Shown here: piece after piece, positions 7,031-14,638 of the stretch | How positions within the stretch are numbered: the stretch's first letter is position 1 | Layout: the number at the start of each line of letters is the position of its first letter | Source of the DNA: a virus | Lineage: Duplodnaviria > Caudoviricetes | Direction: 5' to 3' (one strand) | DNA length: 27,804 nucleotides | Virus record (IMG/VR): IMGVR_UViG_3300049140_000026 | Coordinates: 1-27,804 of that record | Translations under genes and position numbers: made by a program | The notes under the pieces: model-generated | The model's database searches: none | Told to the model about the DNA's origin: nothing | What the model saw: only the letters and a program-made list of their open reading frames with translations

Positions 7031-7267
7031 TCAGATGGTGACGTGGCCGGCGTGCGCGACCACGCCGTTGATGCGGGTCCAGACCTGAACGGGCTGGCCG
7101 GTCGCGGCGGGCGGCCGGACCTTGGCGACGCGCTGCCCGTCGTGGAAGTCGAGGTATGCGGGCCGCCAGATGTCGGCCCGGTGGCGACCGGTGCCGATCT
7201 CCACCCGGGCCATCTCGGGGCCCGCGAACGGCACGACCAGCCATCCGTTGGCGAGCTGCGTGGTCAC
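7031..7267 (-). CDS. Hypothetical protein, 78 aa
   Basis: GTG at 7267 overlaps the upstream TGA (GTGA); WRPAYLD..AKVRPP. Confidence 0.65.
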   Translation of the reverse strand: MTTQLANGWLVVPFAGPEMARVEIGTGRHRADIWRPAYLDFHDGQRVAKVRPPAATGQPVQVWTRINGVVAHAGHVTI

Positions 7268-7599
7268 AGGACCTCCAAGACGTCCACCTTGCGGATCACG
7301 TCCTCGGTGGCGGTCTTCACGAGAACCCACCGCTGGTAGTCGCCCGGGGTGAGCACCACGTCGCCGGCGCGCGGGCCGATCAGCGACAGGACATCGATCT
7401 TCCCGGCTTCGGCGAGCGGGTCGGGTGGCTCGGCGGTGCCGTCCGCCAGCGTGACCGTGGTGAAGTCCTCGACGGCGGGCACGATGTCCGGATCAACGTT
7501 GTGGTACACGCCCACGGCCGTGATGTCGTCCACCGTGCCGCGCAGGATGGTCAGCTCGTTGGCGAGGTACTCGGTGCCGGTGCGGTAGATCGAGGCCAC
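7264..7599 (-). CDS. Beta-rich minor tail/fibre-associated protein, 111 aa
   Basis: GTG at 7599 after GAGGAGG; SIYRTGTEYL..LIGP..LTPGDYQRWV..E. Confidence 0.75.
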   Translation of the reverse strand: MASIYRTGTEYLANELTILRGTVDDITAVGVYHNVDPDIVPAVEDFTTVTLADGTAEPPDPLAEAGKIDVLSLIGPRAGDVVLTPGDYQRWVLVKTATEDVIRKVDVLEVL

Positions 7600-7600
7600 G

Positions 7601-9346
7601 TCATCCTCCTCGTATGTCTCGGGTGGGTCCGGCCTGCGTGCTCGTGCGGGTGTCACCGAGCGAGCTGGAGGTGCGGGTGGTTCCGGCTGTGGCCAGCTCG
7701 CGCGATCGGGTCGAGCCCGCGGCGGCCAGCTCGCGCACGCGGGTGACGCCTGCGTCCCTCCCGGCCCGGGTGGTGCTGGCGTCGTACGCCTGCCGTGTCC
7801 CGGCGGCCGTGGCGTACTCGAGTACCCGCGTCGGACCGACGATGATGACCACATCGACGATGAGCTGCTGGCCGCCGCCCGCCGCTGTGACCGCGACCTT
7901 CGCGCCGGACCCGCCGGACAGAGCCGCCATGCCAGCCCCGGCGGCCACGACGCCGATGGAAGCCGCCGAGCCGCCGCTGATGGGCGCCTGGCCGCCGCCG
8001 GTCGCCAGGACCAGCACGACCGCCGCCGAGCCGCCGGTGAAGGCCGGGAGTCCTGCGCCCGCGCTGGCCGCCTGCATGACGGCTCCAGCGCCGCTGGAGG
8101 TCGCCGCGGACCCTGCGCCCGAGGCGAGCACCTGCAGGGCGGCTGCTGATCCGGCCGAGGTGGCAGGCGTGCCGGCCCCGGCCGCGGTGACGTTGAGCAC
8201 CGTCGAGGCCGCGCCGGATGTCGCCGGGCGGCCACCGCCGGTGGACGAAGTGCTGACGGCGGCGCCTGACCCGGTTCCGACCGCCGGGGCCCCGCCCGCC
8301 GCTGCCACGGTGGAGACGGCTGTGGCAGCACCACCCGAGGTGGCAGCGCGCCCGCCGCCGGCCGCCGAGCTCGTGACGACCGCCCCTGAGCCGCCGGAGT
8401 GTGCCGCCGGGGCGTTGTGGGTGATGACGAGCTTCGGGTCTTGCGTGGTCCCGGCCGTGTCAGCCGGTGAGATCTGGATGTACTCGGTGCCGGTGCCTGG
8501 CGGGATGTCAGCGACCGACCGGCTCGACACCAGGTTCAGGTACACGGTGCCGGTCTTGAGGTTGGGCACCGTCAGGAACGCGGGCTGCGACGTCCACGTC
8601 TTATAGGAGCCGGTCGCGCCGATGCCGGAGGTGTTGAGGGAGGCGAGGAGCGTGCCGAAGTTGACCGGGTCTTCCCAGTCCTCGGTACCGCAGGTCGCGC
8701 CCCAGTCCTGAAACTGCGCCTGCGCGGTGAAGTCGGCGAGCGTCGAGTTGTCCAGCGTGAGCCACGTTTGCAAGGTGACGTCCGTGACCACGTCCGTGTC
8801 CGGGATGGCCGCTGTGTTGAAGGACAGGTACGTCTGGTAGACCCGGTACGTGCCGGAGCCGAACGACTGGCCGATGGTGTAGTTCGCCGACGCGTTCGTG
8901 GTGACGACGAAACCGCCCGACCCGAGGCCCTGCTGTACGTCGGTGTAGTTGTTACCGAGGGACTGGATGTAGCCGTCGCTCGTGTCGGCGAAGACCGTGG
9001 TGACCGTGCCGTGCGTGCGCCATCCGGCCGGGTTGGGGACCTCGGTGACCGAGTCCCAGACGGCTTCCCAGAGGGCCTCTTCGGGGCCGCCGTCGCCGCG
9101 CGACGCGGTGGGCGGGTTGATGATGCGGCGGTGCGGGTCGATCGGGATCTCGTCGCCGTGCTCGTCGAACAGCTCGACCCACGCATCCACGCCGATGATC
9201 CGGCCGTCGTGGTCGCGGATGTAGCCGGGCGGCTCGGTGATGACGAGCCGCCGGCCGTCGCGCTCCAGGACCATGGGACCGGGCGAAGCGGACCAGGCCG
9301 CCGTGGCGGCGGCATGTACGGCTTCGCACCGCTGCCTGCAGTTCAC
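7601..9346 (-). CDS. Fibre-like virion protein: beta-sandwich domain, nine 20-aa Gly/Ala repeats and C-terminal GxTR repeats
   Basis: 581-aa ORF. DGYI..YLSFNT..V.DVTL..PKLVIT resembles a DNRLRE/CBM-type domain; regular repeats follow. Confidence 0.7.
   Translation of the reverse strand: MNCRQRCEAVHAAATAAWSASPGPMVLERDGRRLVITEPPGYIRDHDGRIIGVDAWVELFDEHGDEIPIDPHRRIINPPTASRGDGGPEEALWEAVWDSVTEVPNPAGWRTHGTVTTVFADTSDGYIQSLGNNYTDVQQGLGSGGFVVTTNASANYTIGQSFGSGTYRVYQTYLSFNTAAIPDTDVVTDVTLQTWLTLDNSTLADFTAQAQFQDWGATCGTEDWEDPVNFGTLLASLNTSGIGATGSYKTWTSQPAFLTVPNLKTGTVYLNLVSSRSVADIPPGTGTEYIQISPADTAGTTQDPKLVITHNAPAAHSGGSGAVVTSSAAGGGRAATSGGAATAVSTVAAAGGAPAVGTGSGAAVSTSSTGGGRPATSGAASTVLNVTAAGAGTPATSAGSAAALQVLASGAGSAATSSGAGAVMQAASAGAGLPAFTGGSAAVVLVLATGGGQAPISGGSAASIGVVAAGAGMAALSGGSGAKVAVTAAGGGQQLIVDVVIIVGPTRVLEYATAAGTRQAYDASTTRAGRDAGVTRVRELAAAGSTRSRELATAGTTRTSSSLGDTRTSTQAGPTRDIRGG
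7859..8398 (-). repeat. Nine degenerate 60-bp (20-aa) coding repeats
   Basis: SGGSGAVVTSSAAGGGRAAT / SGGAATAVSTVAAAGGAPAV / ... / SGGSGAKVAVTAAGGGQQLI with an exact 60-bp period. Confidence 0.8.
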
Positions 9347-9365
9347 CCGATCGTCCTGTCGGGGC

Positions 9366-9707
9366 TCACACCGCGTCGTGGTCGATGCTGGTCGAGGCGG
9401 CCAGCAGCGTGTACGTCCCGGCGGTGGCGAACGTCTGCTGAGTCAGGTTCTGGCCGCCGTAGTCGGTGCCGCTGGTCGAAGCGGAGTAGCCGCGCCAGCC
9501 GCCCACGGTCACCCCGGCCGCGACGTTGAACACCTTGTCCGCGGTGGGCCTGATCAGTCCGTTGGCGGCCGTCGTCCAGCTCACAGCCTGGCGGGCGTAG
9601 CCGCCGCCGGTCAGCTCGGTGCCGGTCTGATCCACCAGGCCGAGGTGGGTGATGGCCGTACCGCCAGCTTGGGCGGTCGCGTTCAGGTAGGCGGTGCTCA
9701 TCGCCAT
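9366..9707 (-). CDS. Small tail-fibre-associated protein, 113 aa
   Basis: ELTGGGYARQAVSW..FNVAAG..V.GW pattern, recalled from actinophage genes that precede Gly-rich fibre genes. Confidence 0.75.
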   Translation of the reverse strand: MAMSTAYLNATAQAGGTAITHLGLVDQTGTELTGGGYARQAVSWTTAANGLIRPTADKVFNVAAGVTVGGWRGYSASTSGTDYGGQNLTQQTFATAGTYTLLAASTSIDHDAV

Positions 9708-9710
9708 AGG

Positions 9711-10016
9711 TCAGTCCTCCAGGCTCTGTATGTGGGCGGTCAGCTTCTCCTCGACGCGTTTCACGCCGTCCTTGAGGCTGGAGCCGTCGTTCAGCTTCAC
9801 CTCGTGCTCGATGATGTCGAGGCGCTCCATCACCCCGGCCCGGGCCGGGACTCCAGGACGGGCCGGGAAGCCTCGCCAGTCGTCGAGGAAGTCATCGACG
9901 CCCTGGAACAGCAGCCACAGGTAGCGCCCGATCCTGGCCAGGACGAACAGCAGGCCGAGCCCGGCCGCGATGATCCCGCCGATGACGAAGGCGTCGAGGA
10001 CTGGGTTACCGGTCAT
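9711..10016 (-). CDS. Single-TM membrane protein with a C-terminal coiled coil (lysis-accessory-like)
   Basis: ATG at 10016 (ATGA overlap); TM segment AFVIGGIIAAGLGLLFVLA; GVMERL..IEHEV..N.GSSLKD.V.R.E. Confidence 0.7.
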   Translation of the reverse strand: MTGNPVLDAFVIGGIIAAGLGLLFVLARIGRYLWLLFQGVDDFLDDWRGFPARPGVPARAGVMERLDIIEHEVKLNDGSSLKDGVKRVEEKLTAHIQSLED

Positions 10017-10483
10017 GGGATGGGCACCACACCTATCTCTCGGCACGCGATGTCGCATGTGTTGTCCGTGGCCCCGGTGTTGGTGACCGAGTACATGACG
10101 CGGGCGTAGTGGGTGGCCCCGGGCGTCAGGTTCGGCAGCCGGAACACGCGACTCTGGTAGTAGTACGAGGTCGAGGCCAGGCTGAACCCACAGCCGGTGA
10201 AGCCCACGGACGCGCTGAGCACCTGCGTGCCTGCTGCGCTGGCGCCCTCGAACACGTTGGCCACGATGAACGTGCGGTTGTCCCCGGTCTGCGCGCGGGC
10301 AGCTCCGCCGACGAACACGAGCACCCGGCCGGATGTCGGCGCCACGAATGTGGTCCCGACCTCGGGCGTACCGGGGATGAACGTGGTCGAGGTGATGTTC
10401 AGGATTTCGGTGGTGTCCTGCGCCCACACCGAGGCGGGGAAGTCGGCCGCCTTGATCGTGGCACCTATGAGGATGTCGGGCAC
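10013..10483 (-). CDS. Minor tail protein, paralog C (APTSGRVL family)
   Basis: FVAPTSGRVLVFVGG..LTPGATHYA..REIGVVPIP; AGGAG RBS. Confidence 0.8.
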   Translation of the reverse strand: MPDILIGATIKAADFPASVWAQDTTEILNITSTTFIPGTPEVGTTFVAPTSGRVLVFVGGAARAQTGDNRTFIVANVFEGASAAGTQVLSASVGFTGCGFSLASTSYYYQSRVFRLPNLTPGATHYARVMYSVTNTGATDNTCDIACREIGVVPIP

Positions 10484-10492
10484 GAGCAGCTC

Positions 10493-10945
10493 CTACGGCG
10501 CGGGCGTGATGTAGATGTCACGGATGTCGAACCCCGCCGTGCCACCCGAGGGCGCCACCTTGGCCTGCACCTTCGCGAAGTACACCCGGCCGGGCTCCAG
10601 GCCCTGGAGGAGCGTCGTACGGGACATGTAGACGTAGCCGGTGGCGTTCTCCTGGCAGCCCACGCCGCGGGTGACCACGTTCGGCCCGAGCACGGTCGCG
10701 CCGGAGTCGTCGGTCTCCTTGATGACGGGGGCGAGGTGGAGGCGGCGGGTGCCGTCGCCGCGCAGGCCGCCGCCGACCGTGACGAGCACGCGGCCGCTCG
10801 TGGGCGCGGTGAACGTGGTGGACACTTGCGGCGAGCCGTCCGAGTAGGTGGTCGCGGTGACCGTGATGTCGGTGGCGTCCCGGGCGACCACGGCGGGCGG
10901 GAAGTCGAGCGCCTGCACACTGGTGCCGGCCCGGTAGTCGCTCAC
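10493..10945 (-). CDS. Minor tail protein, paralog B (APTSGRVL family)
   Basis: Probable start is GTG 10945 (GTGA overlap); FTAPTSGRVLVTVGG..LEPGRVYFA..RDIYITPAP. Confidence 0.8.
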   Translation of the reverse strand: MSDYRAGTSVQALDFPPAVVARDATDITVTATTYSDGSPQVSTTFTAPTSGRVLVTVGGGLRGDGTRRLHLAPVIKETDDSGATVLGPNVVTRGVGCQENATGYVYMSRTTLLQGLEPGRVYFAKVQAKVAPSGGTAGFDIRDIYITPAP

Positions 10946-11397
10946 GGGACGGGCACCACCGTGATGTCGCGCGACTGGATGTCGCCGGAGGTACCGCCGG
11001 ACACCTTGTACGCGAGGTGCGCGTAGTAGGTGCGGCCCGGCTGCAGGCCGGTGAGGAGCGTGGTGCGGGACAGGTAGGTGAACGAGGTGGTCTGCTCGGG
11101 GCAACCGATGCCGCGCGTGGTCACGTCGGCCGACACCACCGCCGTGCCGGATGGCCCATCCTCGCGCACGACCGGCGCGAGGTGCACCCGGTTGGCGGTG
11201 CTGGAGTCTTGCAGGCCGCCGCCCACGGTCAGCAGCACCCGGCCGGACGTCGGGGCCTTGAAGTACACCGAGACCAGCGGCGAGCCGGAGATGAAGGCCG
11301 TGCTGGAGATGTCCGAGATGCGGGTGTCGTCGAACGCCCACACCGCCGGCGGCATGTCGATCGCGGCCACCAGTTCGCCGTCTGCGATGTCCGGCAC
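10942..11397 (-). CDS. Minor tail protein, paralog A (APTSGRVL family)
   Basis: FKAPTSGRVLLTVGG..LQPGRTYYA..RDITVVPVP; AAGGAGG RBS. Confidence 0.8.
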   Translation of the reverse strand: MPDIADGELVAAIDMPPAVWAFDDTRISDISSTAFISGSPLVSVYFKAPTSGRVLLTVGGGLQDSSTANRVHLAPVVREDGPSGTAVVSADVTTRGIGCPEQTTSFTYLSRTTLLTGLQPGRTYYAHLAYKVSGGTSGDIQSRDITVVPVP

Positions 11398-11410
11398 GCT
11401 GCCTCCTTTC

Positions 11411-14400
11411 CTACAGAGCCCGGATGGCGGGCTGGGCCAGCTTCACCACGGCTCCGGCCGCGTGCACCTTGACGACACCGTTGGCCGATCGGACCACGGT
11501 GAACGTCTGCGGCGAGCTGGCGCCCGAGATGGCGGTGACCGTCATGCGCTCGCCGCCGATTGCCAGGTCGAACGGGAACTCGGCCACGTCGGTGGTCCAC
11601 AGCGGCCCGGCGCTGGCCACCGACAGTGTGGTGGCGCTGCTCGTGACCGAGGAGGCCAGGGTGGAGCTGTCGGGCTGGTAGCGGCTCACCCGTTCCGCGC
11701 TCGCGACGACGCGCGCGTGCACGGCGTCGAGGTAGGCGACGACCTGGCCGTTGGTGTGGCCGTTGTCGGTCCAGATCTGGAACTGGATGTTGTCGAGGGT
11801 GGCCGCGAGCGGGACCGTGCGGGACACCCGATGCCAGGTGTCGGCGGTCAGGTGCGAGGTGTCGGCGAACGAGAAGTCCGTGCCATCGCCGCCCACCACC
11901 ACGCCGGTCACGTGCGGGAGCGAGGCCGCGGGCACGTAGATGTAGCAGGAGATGGTCACGGTGTCACCCGCGCTGGTCTCCAGCCTCACGTCGCTCGCGC
12001 TCGCGCCGTAAAGGTTGAACGGCGGGTTGGTCGCCGTCCGGGTGATCTGCAGGGATGCCGCGCCAATGTACTTCTGGCTGGTGACGCGGGCGATGGCGGA
12101 GTTGGTCTGCGCGCCCCACCCGGACGTGTCCGTCTCGAACGAGGGATTGCCCACGAGGTTGGCGGAGCTGTAGGTGGCCACCTGGTAGGGCGACTCCGGC
12201 GAGCAGTTGAGCGTGAGCTCCCACTCGTAGGGCGTGACCCGCTCGGCGTAGCCGCGGACGATCTGGCTGATCTGCTCCGGCGGCAGCCACGGCGGCGGGT
12301 TGTCGATGGTGAGCCGGTCGCCCACGTCGAACCCGATCACGCTGGCGGTCAGGTCCGCGTCCCCGCGTACGGCAGGCGCCGCCATGTTGGTCGTGATCTG
12401 CGGGTAGCGCGTCTCATCGACAGTCCCGAGATGGGCCCGCCACTGCGCTTGGTCGGGCAGGTCGGTGTCGGTCTGCACGTTGACTGTGACCGACTCGTCG
12501 TAGCGGCCCACGCCGTCCGGCGGGGCTGCGGTGGACAACGCCCCAGTGGTGATGACCGCGCGGGCCGACGATCCGGCCGTCCTGGTGACGGTGACGTCGT
12601 TGCGGGTGGCCTGGTCGTCGTCCACCGGCTCCAGCGGCGGCGACAGGTGCCGGGCCTCGTAGTCGAGCGCGAGCGCGGGCGTCTGGTTGTAGAAGCTGGC
12701 CCGGGTCCGGTACGCGAGCCCGAGCCGGTCACGCGGCTCGTACAGGATGCCCATGTCCGCGTCGGCGGCCTCGCCGATCAGGTCGAGCAGCGCGGCCGGA
12801 CGCTGCGGCCCCATGGCCACGCTGTCGTCGAGGTCGCCCACCGGCGAGAGCGTCATCTGTTCCTCGGCGCACAGCCGGGCGATCCGGCGGCCGGCCTTCT
12901 CTCCGGCGTACGCGGCCAGCTGCTCGCCGAGATCGAAGATGGACGTGATGGCGGGCTGCACGGAGATGTGGCCCATCGCGGTGTCGGTGATGCCGCCGCC
13001 GGCGTCCACCACGATGCGCTGCATCTGGCCGAGCGACTGCGAGTTGAGGGTGCCGCCGATGGTGAGGCCGGTGGAGTCGCCCGGCTCCAGGGTGGACAGG
13101 TCCCACTCGATGTTCGCGCCGTTCTGGAGGAGGTCGAGCGCCAGGCGCAGCCGCTTGCCGTTGATGGCGAAGGCGATGAACCCCGAGTCGAGCAGGACGT
13201 TGCCGTCTTCGTCGTACGCCTGAACCTTGAGGTCGCCGCCCGGGTCGCCGTACCGGATGGTCCACTGGGCCGCGGAGCCGGAGGTGTAGACGCTCATGAG
13301 GGCTTCGTCGCCGGAGATGCCCGCATCGGCTACGGCCAGCAGGAAGCGGACGGTCGCCTGGCCGGTGACCGCGTAGGCCGGGATGACGCCGGTCCACACC
13401 GAGTCATTCAGCAGCGGGATCGGCTCGGAGGCGTCGAACTCGCTGTACGCTGCCAGGTCCGGCGTGCCGGTGAACGTCATGGACGACCCACCGATGCCGG
13501 AGGCGAAGGACGACGCGCCATCGGCGTCTTCGCAGGGCCAGTACGCGACCGGCGCGTTCGGCAGGCCGGGATTGGTCAGCCCTCGGTACAGGGCGGAACG
13601 TAGCGCCGATGCCCCTTGTCCGAGGCGACGGAGGATGCCGGACGCCTCGACAGGGGTCCAGACGTCGCGGCCGGTGACGTCCCAGCGTGGCGGCCAGGAG
13701 CTGACTTCGCCGGTGAACCGGATCTCCCGATCGGTGATCTCGGCGGCGCCCTGGATGGTCCAGGTGTTCGGCGAGCTGGCGGTGTCGGCGAACGAGGTGG
13801 CGCCGGGCGTCTGGCTGGTGAAGTCGGGGTTCGCCACGACCGTGCCGCCGATGCCGTTGCGCAGCTCGAACCCGAACATGCGGCCGTTGACCGGGGCGTT
13901 GACGAGGTTGATCTCGTCGCCGAGCTCGATCGCGGCGGTGGAGTCGAAGATGTTCGTGGTGCCCGCGGTGACCACCGGGTCGCCGAGCTGTGTCCAGGGC
14001 CCGGCGATCGTCGGGGCCGTGTAGAAGGTGACGGTGTGGCCGGACGCCCCGTTGTTGACGTCGAGGGTGGCGCGCACGGCCTGGCGGCCCGAGACCGGGA
14101 CCGGCACGGGCGCGGTGGAGATCCGGTCGAGGGTGGCCGCGAAGGTACCGGTGGTGGACCAGGTGAAGGCGAGCCTGCCCGTCCCATCGGCGAGCAAGTA
14201 GAACGCCCAGGACCGTTGGTCGCTCGCCGTCTGGTACTTGGAGACCAGATCGGCGCCCTGGCGCCAGTTCACCACCTCCAGGTCCACCCGGACGTCGATG
14301 TCGCCGGTGATGCCGAGCGGCGCGGCATCGGGCGCGGTCGCCTTGCTGGTCGTGTCGCCGGGCAGCGAGAGGTACGTGTCGCCGCTGGCCACCGAGACGC

Positions 14401-14635
14401 GCAGCGGCGTGTTACGGCCGAGCTGGCCGTAATAGGGGCCGGTTGGGTTGCGCGGGCTGTACTTCCCGAGCCGGTTGTTGAAGGTCAGCGTGCAGCGCGC
14501 GACGTCCGCCCGAGCGCCTTCGTCCGCCTGCCCTCGGGTGATCGACACGCCGTCGCGCAGCCGTACGTCGGAGGTGACGTCAACCCACGCGCCGCCGAGG
14601 TGGAGTTCTGCGGTGACATCGAACGGAGCGGCCAC
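11411..14635 (-). CDS. Large tail-tip/hub protein with LamG-like and carbohydrate-binding-like inserts
   Basis: 1074 aa directly after the tape measure; WVDVTSDV..ITRG, PVAYWPCED and a CBM-like NLVGNPSFETDTSGW segment. Confidence 0.8.
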   Translation of the reverse strand: MAAPFDVTAELHLGGAWVDVTSDVRLRDGVSITRGQADEGARADVARCTLTFNNRLGKYSPRNPTGPYYGQLGRNTPLRVSVASGDTYLSLPGDTTSKATAPDAAPLGITGDIDVRVDLEVVNWRQGADLVSKYQTASDQRSWAFYLLADGTGRLAFTWSTTGTFAATLDRISTAPVPVPVSGRQAVRATLDVNNGASGHTVTFYTAPTIAGPWTQLGDPVVTAGTTNIFDSTAAIELGDEINLVNAPVNGRMFGFELRNGIGGTVVANPDFTSQTPGATSFADTASSPNTWTIQGAAEITDREIRFTGEVSSWPPRWDVTGRDVWTPVEASGILRRLGQGASALRSALYRGLTNPGLPNAPVAYWPCEDADGASSFASGIGGSSMTFTGTPDLAAYSEFDASEPIPLLNDSVWTGVIPAYAVTGQATVRFLLAVADAGISGDEALMSVYTSGSAAQWTIRYGDPGGDLKVQAYDEDGNVLLDSGFIAFAINGKRLRLALDLLQNGANIEWDLSTLEPGDSTGLTIGGTLNSQSLGQMQRIVVDAGGGITDTAMGHISVQPAITSIFDLGEQLAAYAGEKAGRRIARLCAEEQMTLSPVGDLDDSVAMGPQRPAALLDLIGEAADADMGILYEPRDRLGLAYRTRASFYNQTPALALDYEARHLSPPLEPVDDDQATRNDVTVTRTAGSSARAVITTGALSTAAPPDGVGRYDESVTVNVQTDTDLPDQAQWRAHLGTVDETRYPQITTNMAAPAVRGDADLTASVIGFDVGDRLTIDNPPPWLPPEQISQIVRGYAERVTPYEWELTLNCSPESPYQVATYSSANLVGNPSFETDTSGWGAQTNSAIARVTSQKYIGAASLQITRTATNPPFNLYGASASDVRLETSAGDTVTISCYIYVPAASLPHVTGVVVGGDGTDFSFADTSHLTADTWHRVSRTVPLAATLDNIQFQIWTDNGHTNGQVVAYLDAVHARVVASAERVSRYQPDSSTLASSVTSSATTLSVASAGPLWTTDVAEFPFDLAIGGERMTVTAISGASSPQTFTVVRSANGVVKVHAAGAVVKLAQPAIRAL

Positions 14636-14638
14636 CGG

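Noticed and set aside
7859-8398. CRISPR-like periodicity
   Set aside because: The 60-bp period is a degenerate in-frame coding repeat with no constant repeat and unique spacer structure, and no cas genes are present.
10013-11397. Shufflon or diversity-generating retroelement explanation for the triplicated genes
   Set aside because: There is no invertase or reverse transcriptase in the window, no inverted crossover sites, and no near-identical template/variable repeat pair differing at adenines; all three genes have their own starts.
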